A stretch of DNA of 47,809 bases. Origin: Nitrospinaceae bacterium (GTDB lineage Bacteria; Nitrospinota; Nitrospinia; Nitrospinales; VA-1). This document shows positions 28,430 through 38,965 of the stretch, one piece after another. The stretch lies in the NCBI GenBank assembly GCA_046754465.1, contig JBHHVU010000021.1, forward strand, positions 1-47,809, given 5' to 3'. The first letter of the stretch is position 1. Each line of letters begins with the position of its first letter. The position numbers and the translations under genes were made by a program. The notes beneath the pieces were generated by a model. That model saw only the letters and a list, made by a program, of their open reading frames with translations, was not told where the DNA came from and searched no databases.

Positions 28430-29185
28430 ATGCCGGTCTGTCATTTGCGATTTTACGAGGAATTGAATGATTTTCTGCCTCCGGAAAAACGTAAAACCCG
28501 CTTTGCCTGGAGAGTCGAACATCCATCCACCATCCGCGAGGTGATAGAGTCCCTGGGCGTCCCTGTCCAGGAGGTTGACCTGATTCTGGCGAATGGGGAA
28601 TCGGTGGATTTTTCCTACCGGCCGGCCGGCAACGACGCGATCAGCGTTTACCCCATGTTCGAATCGCTGGATATTTCGGAGGTGACCCGGCTTCCCTCCC
28701 GCCCGCTCCGCGTGGTCCGGTTCGTGCTGGATGTCCATTTGGGAAAGCTCGCGCGTTATCTGAGAATGCTCGGGTTCGACAGCCTGTACCGGAATACCGC
28801 TTCCGGTCCGGAGATCATCCGGCTGATGCAAGCGGAACGGCGGATCATCCTGACGCGCGATTCGCAACTGTCGCGGCAAAAAACGGTAACCCACGGTTAT
28901 TGGGTCCGGGCGGATCATCCCCGGAGCCAGGCGGCGGAAATCGTGCGGCGGTTCGACCTGGGGAACAGCCTCCGGCCTTTCTCCCGGTGTATCGTATGCA
29001 ACGGTCTTGTCGCCGGGGTGGAAAAGAGAACCATCCTTCCCCGGTTGCCCCATGGGATCCGGCAGGCGTACGAGGTGTTTCATCAATGCGGGGAATGCGG
29101 ACGCATCTACTGGAACGGTTCCCATGCCCGGCGAATGGCAAAACTCATCGAGGAGATCCGGCAACGGGCGAAGGTTGGAAATTGA
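28430..29185 (+). CDS. Mut7-C family RNase (ubiquitin-like domain, PIN domain, Zn ribbon)
   Basis: RFYEELNDFLP, IESLGVP..EV, FVLDVHLGKLARYLRMLGFD, LTRD, RCIVCN, CGECGRIYWNGSH. Confidence 0.9.
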   Translation: MPVCHLRFYEELNDFLPPEKRKTRFAWRVEHPSTIREVIESLGVPVQEVDLILANGESVDFSYRPAGNDAISVYPMFESLDISEVTRLPSRPLRVVRFVLDVHLGKLARYLRMLGFDSLYRNTASGPEIIRLMQAERRIILTRDSQLSRQKTVTHGYWVRADHPRSQAAEIVRRFDLGNSLRPFSRCIVCNGLVAGVEKRTILPRLPHGIRQAYEVFHQCGECGRIYWNGSHARRMAKLIEEIRQRAKVGN

Positions 29186-29188
29186 AGG

Positions 29189-29878
29189 TCAACGGCGGGG
29201 GCATTGTCGGCTCATTTTGTAACCGTGGGCCTCCGCTTCCAGAATGTTTCCGAAGATGACATAGCTATCGATCTGTTCCGGGTAGTTCCGGCAGGCGGGC
29301 CAGAGAAAAATTTTCGTTTGGGGGTTTCCGATCAGGCCGTAATTGAGGATGCGGTCGTAATCCTCTTGATCCCGGGTTCCCGGCGGGTCGGGAACCGGAT
29401 TCTCCCGGCGGAATAGCCACGGAGCCACGGGGGCGGAGTCGACCCACAACCCCAGTTTTTTTCTTCTCGCTTCGGCCTCGAGTTGGGCGAGCGTTTCATT
29501 CTCCGGGGATTGAATTCGATAATGCCAGGCGTAACCCCCGCGCACCAGTTCCACGTTCAATTCCCGTCCGTCGGCCAGGTAGACCTTGCCAATGATCCGG
29601 CCGTAGATATCCGCCCACTCATATCCCACCAGAACCTCTTTTCTAAGAACCAGGTCCTCCGTGAACTTTTTGGCCTGGTTTCCAAAAAGCTGTTTGAGTT
29701 GCGGGCAGTCGATATCGGCCAGGCGGACCTTGAAATACCTGCCTCCCAGGGTTTGAACGGTGAGAATATCCCCTTCGGATACGGAAACGACGGTGCCGGT
29801 CAACGTTTTCACGGAGACCGGGGCGGCGAGAAAAATCCAGACAAGAATCCAACCGCATTTAAGGAAGCCACGCATCAC
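29189..29878 (-). CDS. Thermonuclease (SNase) family exported protein with C-terminal Ada-like metal-binding tail
   Basis: VSEGDIL, VRLADIDCPQ, DIYGR, LNVELVRGGYAW, EAEARRKKLGLW, PWLFR; tail IGNPQTKIF..PAC...EAEAHGY..SRQC. Confidence 0.85.
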   Translation of the reverse strand: MMRGFLKCGWILVWIFLAAPVSVKTLTGTVVSVSEGDILTVQTLGGRYFKVRLADIDCPQLKQLFGNQAKKFTEDLVLRKEVLVGYEWADIYGRIIGKVYLADGRELNVELVRGGYAWHYRIQSPENETLAQLEAEARRKKLGLWVDSAPVAPWLFRRENPVPDPPGTRDQEDYDRILNYGLIGNPQTKIFLWPACRNYPEQIDSYVIFGNILEAEAHGYKMSRQCPRR

Positions 29879-29952
29879 GCCGTTTTTACCCAGCCTTTCG
29901 CAAAAGAATCGACCACACTCAACGAGCCTCGGCTATTTGGGCAATAATTTGT

Positions 29953-30561
29953 TTATTGGAACCAATTGTGGAGAGTCGTTTTTAATTTTAAGAAAGCGGG
30001 ATCACTGCAGCGATTAACGCCGACTCTTTCGGCGAGTTTAAAGTATAAGGATGCGGACCGGGGTTTTTTAGTAAGTTTTAAAACCCTTTCGACGGCTTCT
30101 TTGGGAGAGGCGGGTTTGGTTTGGCCATCGATTAAAAAATTATTTTCCTGTAACCAGGTTCTTAATTCAGGACTTCGGGTACCCCATCCCAAAACTTGAT
30201 CCACTTCCGGTGAATCGCTCCACACCCATATTTCAAGTTCTGGATCAATCGCAATGCCCAAAGCTCGATCCCCCCATCCCGATGAGGACAATCGATTTTC
30301 AATATCTTCTTCTATATCCTCACGAGATAAATTTTCCCTTCCACATCCCTCTCGATCAAAAATTATCAACCCATATTTATATAAATTGTGAAAAGGCCGT
30401 AAAAATTCCTCGCCTCGCGAAAAACAACCTGGGTCTCTTTGAGGGTGAATGTGGATATCAAATGTGATTTGTTTGATATTCAAAGCTTGCCGCCTGGAAA
30501 GCAAGGCTTTGACCGTTTGCTCCATATCCTTGTCCGCTACAAGGACCACAAGGTCTTTCAA
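29953..30561 (-). CDS. MAD4-like protein (partner of an ABC-type ATPase; putative defence effector)
   Basis: MKDLVVLVADKDME...HPQRDPGC...FDREGCG...IDPELEIWVWSD...PKEA...CSDPAF, recalled as resembling MADS MAD4; TTG start with GGAGG. Confidence 0.65.
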   Translation of the reverse strand: MKDLVVLVADKDMEQTVKALLSRRQALNIKQITFDIHIHPQRDPGCFSRGEEFLRPFHNLYKYGLIIFDREGCGRENLSREDIEEDIENRLSSSGWGDRALGIAIDPELEIWVWSDSPEVDQVLGWGTRSPELRTWLQENNFLIDGQTKPASPKEAVERVLKLTKKPRSASLYFKLAERVGVNRCSDPAFLKLKTTLHNWFQ

Positions 30562-30574
30562 ATTTTCCTCCCGT

Positions 30575-31828
30575 TCAACCTAGAACACCTCCGGCAAAGA
30601 GAACGCCTAAATTAGTTTCACCCTTCCAGTCCCGCAATGCAGGATGTTCGGAACCCAAAACGATATCGGTCGCCCCGGACGCTGTTTTTGAGAAACATAA
30701 AACCTTTGAAGAATCCGCGATACTTAATATAACCGGTGAATGACTGGCCATAAGGATTTGCGCGTGATATACCGAGGAAAGAGATTGAAAAGCGGTTTCA
30801 ATCGCGGGTGGATGGATCCCATTTTCTGGTTCCTCAATCAAATAAATCCCTTCCAAATCGGGGAGGTAAGCAGGCAAGGTTAACGCGAATAAACGGAGAG
30901 TTCCATCCGAAACCATCCAGGAAGGGATTTCCAAATTATTTTCGTAGCAGACAACCAGGTAGCGATGACGATCTTCTGGCCTCTCGATCGTATTAATTTT
31001 CCTCAAATCGGGCAGAGCGCTTTTCAGGTGTTGAATCCATTCCCTGTAACGTTCGGGATTTTTTTTTATAAGGTCATCAATAATCCAGGGTATATTCGAT
31101 CCATTGGGTAAAAATACCGTTGCCTGGCCGGGGGGGCTTGGTATCCGCATCAAGCTGCTGTTCAGCACCAATTTTTGAACTCCCAAATTAAGTAAATTTT
31201 TTAACCAGGTGGATACTGGGAATTTGGATTCATCTTCCGGGAGGCTGCGAAAAGCGGACCTCTGCCGACCCAATTTAAAAGAATGATCCCAGCCTTTACC
31301 CGTTTCATCATAAAAATTGTCATTTCCCCCAAAGACTTTGTTCACCACAGTTTTGATATTCCTTGACCCTTTAGGCGTAATTATGCTTGGAGGGGTTGAC
31401 CATTCCTGGGGAAACATGTCCCGGTGTTTAGACATGGGAGGGACTTCATTGGATTTTTTCAAGAGCACTTTTTCGGAAAAAATAAAATTCTCTGATGTTT
31501 CTTCATTAAACCCGATGGAAACTTCATAGCGGACGGCGTTATATTCCGGTTTTTCCAAACGGCCTCTTAGGTGGGTTGGAATTCCTAATTCAACTGCCAA
31601 TTCAAAGCGATCGCCAGCCTTTCCCCAAATCAAATCCTTAATATTTTGTGATCGTTCTTGAACTGCGCCATCCAAATCCTTGTTTAACAAGTCACTTAAA
31701 AAAACGATCACATCAAGAAATGTTGTTTTTCCACTGGCGTTAGGGCCCACAAGCACATGGAAATCACCCAGTGGCTGGTGAATATATTTAAGACAGCGAA
31801 AATTAAGGGCTTCGATTAATTGAATCAT
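30575..31828 (-). CDS. ABC-type/AAA_21 ATPase, MAD3-like
   Basis: NFRCL, Walker A GPNASGKT, signature VSDGT, Walker B/D-loop LIEEPENGIHP, H-loop SHSP; no transporter membrane partner nearby. Confidence 0.8.
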   Translation of the reverse strand: MIQLIEALNFRCLKYIHQPLGDFHVLVGPNASGKTTFLDVIVFLSDLLNKDLDGAVQERSQNIKDLIWGKAGDRFELAVELGIPTHLRGRLEKPEYNAVRYEVSIGFNEETSENFIFSEKVLLKKSNEVPPMSKHRDMFPQEWSTPPSIITPKGSRNIKTVVNKVFGGNDNFYDETGKGWDHSFKLGRQRSAFRSLPEDESKFPVSTWLKNLLNLGVQKLVLNSSLMRIPSPPGQATVFLPNGSNIPWIIDDLIKKNPERYREWIQHLKSALPDLRKINTIERPEDRHRYLVVCYENNLEIPSWMVSDGTLRLFALTLPAYLPDLEGIYLIEEPENGIHPPAIETAFQSLSSVYHAQILMASHSPVILSIADSSKVLCFSKTASGATDIVLGSEHPALRDWKGETNLGVLFAGGVLG

Positions 31829-31972
31829 TGATCCATGAAATTAGATTGTTTCCACAATAGACCGTATGTCATTAAAACAAGGTCAGCTATTAAAATCAAA
31901 TTTCGTTTGAAAATCATGTCCTGGACCCATTTCCCTGGAAATCATGGACACACGATTGCTTGAACGGGAAAA

Positions 31973-33004
31973 TCACAAACCCAGTTTTTGGGCGGCGTCT
32001 TCATAATCGGGATCTTGCGCGTAAAGCCTTTCCCACTCCAACCGCGCCCGCCGGGGTTGGCCCATTTCCTCGTAGAGTTCCGCCCGTTCATGGTGGAGCG
32101 CGCTGAGGAGGTTTCCGGGCCGGTCTTTTTTCCGGCGCAGTGCGGCGGTGAGAGTGGTTTTCGCCCCCTCCTTGAGGTCCAATCCCCGCAAGGCCCGGGC
32201 CCGGTATAACAGTAAAGCGCCGTGGACGGCGGATTCGTTTACCAGGTCCCCGGTCATGCGGACGATTTCACGCAGGGTTTTGCGGTCTCCCGGCCGGGCT
32301 TCCAGCAACAATTCGGTCAGGGACAGCAGTGCCACTGGATCGTCCGGTCCCAACCGCCTGAGGCGCCGCAAGGCGTTGAGAGCCAAGGCCCACTGTTTTC
32401 TTCCCTGGTAGACCTCGACGAGGCCGAGCAGGGTGCCGCGAACGCCGGGTTCCACGTGGGCGGTCACCTCCCCGGTGACGGGAACCGTCATGACCGCCGA
32501 TATGCCATATTTGTCAAAGTACCGGCCCAACCTGTTTTTTTTGGCAAGCGCGGTTTCCAGAAACCGCGACGCCCGGTCGAGCTGCCATTTCTTCAAGGCG
32601 AGAAATCCCGCGAGGAAGGCTCCGTCGGCCAGGTGAACCGATTTTTGCAAATGACCGTAAGCCAGTTCCTCGTTTCCCCGCGCCAGTTCCCGGCAGCCGT
32701 CCACCAGAGATTTTTCATCGTCCGGTGTCACCAGCCGCCGGAAGAAACCCAGTTTTAGCCGGTCCTCAGGGGGAACCGCCGGAGCGCGGGACCGGGCCCG
32801 TGAACGGGACCTCCCGGAAGAATCCGGAAAATGGGTGGTATAAAACAGGCCTGTTCCCGGCAGTCCCAGGGTTCCCCGTTTACCCCGGGAACCCACGGTG
32901 AATTTCGCGCCCCGGGGTCCGAAAGAGAGCGACCCGCCCGATTTGCTCAGATTCATCGTGATGCCCGGCGCGACCCGGATCCGCCTGAAAAAACGAAAAC
33001 TCAT
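31973..33004 (-). CDS. DUF4236 domain protein with TPR-like helical C-terminus
   Basis: MSFRFFRRIRVAPGITMNLSKSGGSLSFGPRGAKFTVG...LPGTGLFY; AGAGGA RBS before ATG 33004. Confidence 0.82.
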   Translation of the reverse strand: MSFRFFRRIRVAPGITMNLSKSGGSLSFGPRGAKFTVGSRGKRGTLGLPGTGLFYTTHFPDSSGRSRSRARSRAPAVPPEDRLKLGFFRRLVTPDDEKSLVDGCRELARGNEELAYGHLQKSVHLADGAFLAGFLALKKWQLDRASRFLETALAKKNRLGRYFDKYGISAVMTVPVTGEVTAHVEPGVRGTLLGLVEVYQGRKQWALALNALRRLRRLGPDDPVALLSLTELLLEARPGDRKTLREIVRMTGDLVNESAVHGALLLYRARALRGLDLKEGAKTTLTAALRRKKDRPGNLLSALHHERAELYEEMGQPRRARLEWERLYAQDPDYEDAAQKLGL

Positions 33005-33252
33005 GAATTGTTTCCTCTGGTGGCTCGAAAGGATTTCCGTCAAAGTTTACCAGATGTCCGTGGAAAAATTAACGGTTCTATTATGCGGGGGGCCACTTAT
33101 TCGCGGCGGATTTCCGGTGAAAATTTCCCCTTCATGGCACACCCGATTTAATGATACAGTGAGTTTTCCAAACTTGCGTTTGCATTGAGATCTTCCATTC
33201 ATTTCTACCGGGGGCCGGCCGCCGGCTCTCTTCAACTCGATCGGGGGACTTC

Positions 33253-34434
33253 ATGGAGAAAGCAACGTTGCCGGTGAGAAATCCGGTGGTTGTGGAACGG
33301 AAGGATTTGCAATCCCTGTTCGATGCCCTGCATAAGGAAAACTATCGCATCGTGGGACCGACCCTCGGCGAGGGAGCCATCGTCTACGACGAGTTGACCG
33401 GCGCGGAGGACCTCCCGAAAGGCTGGACGGATGAGCAGGACGGGGGCCTTTATCGCCTCAAAAGGCGCGGCGACGAGGCTCTCTTCGGTTATACGGTGGG
33501 TCCCCATTCGTGGAAAAAATACCTCTTCCCCCCACGGCACCGGCTCTGGAAAGCGGAATCCGACGGCAAGGAATTGCAATTCGCCGAAGAACCGCTGCCC
33601 GAGGAACGATTCGCCTTCTTCGGTGTCCGCGCCTGTGAACTCCACGCCATCGCCATTCAGGACAAGGTCTTCCTGCAAGGGGACGCGGTGGACCCGGTTT
33701 ACCGGGCCCGGCGGGAAAACGCGTTTCTCGTGGCCGTCAACTGCGGTCAGGCGGGGGGAACCTGTTTCTGCGTCTCGATGAATACCGGGCCGAGGGCGGA
33801 GTCCGGATACGATCTCGTCATGACCGAGGTTCTGGAAACCGGGCGGCATTATTTCGTGGTGGAGGCCGGGACGGAGCGAGGGGCGGAAATAATGGGCCAG
33901 ATTGCCCATCACCCCGCCACGGAAAAGGAGACGGACGCCGTGGACGCCGCTACCGCCGAAACCGCGGCGCAAATGGGACGTGAAATGAACACCGACGGTA
34001 TTCAGTCCCTCTTGCAAGCCGGTTTTGAGCACCCGCGCTGGGACGAGGTGGCCGAACGCTGCCTGACCTGCGCCAACTGCACCCTGGCCTGCCCCACCTG
34101 TTTTTGCTCGACCGTGGAAGATGTCACCGATCTCACCGGTGAACACGCGGAACGCTGGCGCCGGTGGGATTCCTGTTTCACCATGGATTTCACTTACATG
34201 AACCAGTCGCACATGCGGTCCACGGCGAAATCCCGGTACCGTCAATGGATGACCCACAAACTGTCCACCTGGCACGACCAGTTCGATTCCTCGGGATGCG
34301 TGGGATGCGGACGCTGCATCACCTGGTGTCCGGTGGGAATCGATATCACCGAGGAAGTCCGCGCCATTCGGGACCATCCGGTGGACGCCGCCGGAAGCCG
34401 GGTCAACGAGGGAGAGAAACATGGAAAATCTTAA
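33253..34434 (+). CDS. hyhB: Group 3b [NiFe]-hydrogenase/sulfhydrogenase beta subunit (4Fe-4S dicluster, AsrA-like)
   Basis: [50 protein letters not shown]. Confidence 0.88.
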   Translation: MEKATLPVRNPVVVERKDLQSLFDALHKENYRIVGPTLGEGAIVYDELTGAEDLPKGWTDEQDGGLYRLKRRGDEALFGYTVGPHSWKKYLFPPRHRLWKAESDGKELQFAEEPLPEERFAFFGVRACELHAIAIQDKVFLQGDAVDPVYRARRENAFLVAVNCGQAGGTCFCVSMNTGPRAESGYDLVMTEVLETGRHYFVVEAGTERGAEIMGQIAHHPATEKETDAVDAATAETAAQMGREMNTDGIQSLLQAGFEHPRWDEVAERCLTCANCTLACPTCFCSTVEDVTDLTGEHAERWRRWDSCFTMDFTYMNQSHMRSTAKSRYRQWMTHKLSTWHDQFDSSGCVGCGRCITWCPVGIDITEEVRAIRDHPVDAAGSRVNEGEKHGKS

Positions 34435-34882
34435 ACGGATTTTGTCCGATCATCCGTTCCTGAAAGGGTTGGAACCCCGGTATGTGGATCTCCTCGCCGG
34501 TTGCGCTTCCAATGTGCGGTTCGACGCGGGGACGTTTATTTTTCGCGAGGGCGAGGAGGCGAATCAATTCTACATCCTGCGCCACGGCAAGGTCGCGTTG
34601 GAAATCCACGATGAATCGCGCGGACCCATCACCCTCGAGACCCTCCAGGAGGGGGACGTTCTGGGCTGGTCCTGGCTGGTTCCGCCTTATCATTGGCAGA
34701 TGGACGCGCAGGCGGTGGATCTCACGCGGGCGATCGCCCTCGACGGTAAATGCCTGCGGACCAAATGCCTGAACGACCACAACCTGGGCTATGAATTGCT
34801 GATGCGCATTGTTCCCCTCATCGTGGACCGGCTGCATGCGGCGCGGATTCAACTCCTGGACGTTTACGGTGTCAAACCTTAA
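34421..34882 (+). CDS. Cyclic-nucleotide-binding domain protein within the hydrogenase operon
   Basis: [28 protein letters not shown]; overlaps the upstream gene. Confidence 0.87.
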   Translation: MENLKRILSDHPFLKGLEPRYVDLLAGCASNVRFDAGTFIFREGEEANQFYILRHGKVALEIHDESRGPITLETLQEGDVLGWSWLVPPYHWQMDAQAVDLTRAIALDGKCLRTKCLNDHNLGYELLMRIVPLIVDRLHAARIQLLDVYGVKP

Positions 34883-35732
34883 CCCAAAGGCCCGAACCGC
34901 CGGTACGGTCAATCCCATGCTTCCCCGGCCCCACCGTGTTCTGCGGATGAAACGGAATACGCGTGACGTGTTCTCCATGGATTTGGAACCGAGTGACGGG
35001 ACCGGCCCGTCTCCTTTCTCGGCGGGGCAGTTCAATATGATTTACCTGTTCGGCGTCGGGGAAGTCCCCATATCGATCAGCGGGGACCCCACCGGGGGGG
35101 GATCCCTTCGGCATACGGTGCGCGCGGCGGGGTGGGTGACACGGGCCATGCGTGGATTGAAAACCGGCGATGTGGTGGGGGTGCGTGGACCTTTTGGGAC
35201 CCCTTGGCCGGTCCATGAATCCGAAGGCCGGGATGTGCTCCTGATCGCCGGGGGACTGGGACTGGCCCCATTGCGGCCCGCGTTGTACCACCTGCTGGCC
35301 CGCAGGGAAAAGTATGGGAACATCGTCCTCCTTTATGGGGCACGGACCCCCGATGATATTCTTTTCCTTCGCGAACTGGAAAAATGGCGCGGCCGGTTCG
35401 ATCTCCAGGTGTATGTCACGGTCGATACGGCCCGGCGAAGCTGGCGCGGCAACGTTGGCGTTGTCACCCGGTTGATCCCGAGGGTTTCCTTCGACCCCTT
35501 CAATACCGTCGCCATGATCTGTGGACCGGAGATCATGATGCGCTTCACCATCCTGGAACTCAAAAAATATGAGCTGGGCCCGGAAAATATTTTCATCTCC
35601 ATGGAACGCAATATGAAATGCGCCGTGGGTTTTTGCGGTCATTGCCAGTACGGACCCCATTTCATCTGTAAGGACGGACCGGTTTTTCGCTACGATCGGT
35701 TGCGGCCCTTCCTCGGAAAGCGGGAGGTCTGA
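34869..35732 (+). CDS. hyhG: Group 3b hydrogenase gamma subunit (FAD/NAD(P)-binding, 2Fe-2S)
   Basis: [48 protein letters not shown]...CKDGPV. Start uncertain (GTG 34869 or ATG 34917). Confidence 0.88.
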   Translation: MSNLNPKARTAGTVNPMLPRPHRVLRMKRNTRDVFSMDLEPSDGTGPSPFSAGQFNMIYLFGVGEVPISISGDPTGGGSLRHTVRAAGWVTRAMRGLKTGDVVGVRGPFGTPWPVHESEGRDVLLIAGGLGLAPLRPALYHLLARREKYGNIVLLYGARTPDDILFLRELEKWRGRFDLQVYVTVDTARRSWRGNVGVVTRLIPRVSFDPFNTVAMICGPEIMMRFTILELKKYELGPENIFISMERNMKCAVGFCGHCQYGPHFICKDGPVFRYDRLRPFLGKREV

Positions 35733-35733
35733 T

Positions 35734-36502
35734 ATGCCGGGCGGGAGCAAACCGAAGGTGGCGGTCTGGAAATTCGCGTCCTGCGACGGATGCCAGTTGA
35801 GCCTCCTCGACTGCGAAGACGATCTCCTCGCCGTGGCCGGATCGATCGAGATCGCCAATTTTCCCGAGGCCTCCCGCGCGGTGGTCCGCGGGCCGTATGA
35901 CCTGTCCCTGGTCGAAGGTTCCATCACCACCCCCCACGACGAGGAACGCATCCTCAAAATCCGCCGCCAGTCCAGGTTCCTGGTGACCATCGGCGCGTGC
36001 GCCACCGCGGGGGGAATCCAGGCCTTGCGCAATTTCAAGGATGTGAAGGAATTCGTCGCCATCGTTTACGCGCATCCGGAATACATCGATACCCTCCGCA
36101 AGTCAACCGCCATTGCCGACCACGTTCGAGTCGATTTCGAACTGCGCGGGTGCCCCATCAACAAGAACCAGCTGGTCGAGGTGATCAACGCCTTTCTCAA
36201 CCACCGCAAACCCAATACCCCGCCACACAGCACGTGCATGGAATGCAAGATGAGCGGGACGGTCTGCGTGATGGTGGCGCGGGGCATTCCCTGCCTGGGT
36301 CCGGTGACCCACGCCGGGTGCGGCGCGATTTGTCCTTCCTACAACCGCGGCTGCTACGGTTGTTACGGACCCCAGGAAACGCCCAATACCTCATCCCTGG
36401 GCCGCCAATGGAAACAACTGGGAAAAGACAGGCAGGAGGTGATGCACGCCTTCCGCGGGTTCAACGCCTGGGCCGATTCTTTCAGAAAAGAAAGCGAGGC
36501 CA

Positions 36503-36510
<8 letters not shown>
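35734..36510 (+). CDS. hyhS: Group 3b hydrogenase small (delta) subunit
   Basis: [37 protein letters not shown]...GCYGC; no Tat signal. Confidence 0.9.
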
Positions 36511-37800
<1,290 letters not shown>

Positions 37801-37804
<4 letters not shown>

Positions 37805-38307
37805 ACCCTCCGGGAGCGATTCGCGTGATCGGAATCGGCAACGATTTCAGGAAAGACGACGCGGCCGGACTGCTCACCGCCCGCATCCTGAAAGAACGGT
37901 TTCCCGATTCCGTGACGGTGGCCGAGCAGAACGGTGAAGCGGCGGCCTTGATGGAATCCTGGCGGGGCGCCGATCGCGCGATCCTGATCGATGCCGCCCA
38001 TTCGGGCGATTCCCCGGGGACGGTCCGCCGGTTTGACGCGGTGAAGGAGCCTTTGCCGTCCGGGATTTTTCGATGTTCCAGCCATCAGTTCGGAGTCACC
38101 GAGTGCGTCGAACTCGCCCGCGCCCTGGGCCGGCTTCCCGGCAGCCTGGTTATTTACGGGATCGAAGGGAAGGATTTCGGCGACGGGACGGGGGTGTCCA
38201 AGGAAGTCGAGAATGGAATCCGTGAGGCCGTGGACCGGGTTGTGGAAGAAGTCCGTGGGGTGTCCGGCGCCGGATCCGGAGAGAGTTCGCGAGGCAATGG
38301 AATTTAA
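37801..38307 (+). CDS. Hydrogenase maturation protease
   Basis: VIGIGN..RKDDAAG, ILIDA, SSHQFG. Confidence 0.9.
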
Positions 38308-38413
38308 AGGAACCCGCCTCACCGGATTTAAATCCGCGTCCTATTATTGGAAAAGATTCAATGAAATACTATTTTGGTTGACAATAATTAATCAAACCCC
38401 GTACCCTTTAACC

Positions 38414-38854
38414 ATGCGGATAAATAATTATTTAATCAGGATTCTGTTCGGGGTCATTCTTTTTTCGTCGATGTTCCAGGCCGGACCCATCGTTTCCCCG
38501 GCCCAGGCGAATCGGTGCTGCAAGAAATTCTGCCTGCATATGCCAGGGAAGATGGCGGCGTCCTGTCACGATTCCCTGCGCGGCCTCCCGCTATCCCGCC
38601 AATCCCAGGGAAACATGGATTGTTGCAAGGAGGGTTGTGCTTCCGCTTATATCCATGCAAACCCTGAAAGCCCCGCCCTGGTGACTTTGCGGGATACTTT
38701 CGATTCTCCCAATACCTTTTCCGTCCGAGTTGCCCTTGAACAGGACGGAGGGTTCGTTCCCCCGAATGACCCGCCGGGGTTTTTCCATGAGCCTTGGCGG
38801 AATAAAATAAAAATTTCCCCTCTCTTCCTGACCCACTCGTCTCTTCTGCTTTAA
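38414..38854 (+). CDS. Cys/His/Met-rich exported small protein leading the metal efflux operon
   Basis: Signal-like N-terminus; CCKKFCLHM, SCH, MDCCKEGC; C-terminus PLFLTHSSLLL. Start placed at ATG 38414. Confidence 0.65.
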   Translation: MRINNYLIRILFGVILFSSMFQAGPIVSPAQANRCCKKFCLHMPGKMAASCHDSLRGLPLSRQSQGNMDCCKEGCASAYIHANPESPALVTLRDTFDSPNTFSVRVALEQDGGFVPPNDPPGFFHEPWRNKIKISPLFLTHSSLLL

Positions 38855-38965
38855 TCCCTTTCCCCAGCGGGCTGCTTGATTGAGGTCCCCATTTTGCGGG
38901 TCTCCGGGCCCATCCCATTTTCCACGACACCATTCTTTTTTCTTTAAAAAAAGGAGGCGGGTGCA

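Noticed and set aside
33232..36062. Two 396-aa minus-strand ORFs
   Set aside because: Antisense to well-supported hydrogenase genes.
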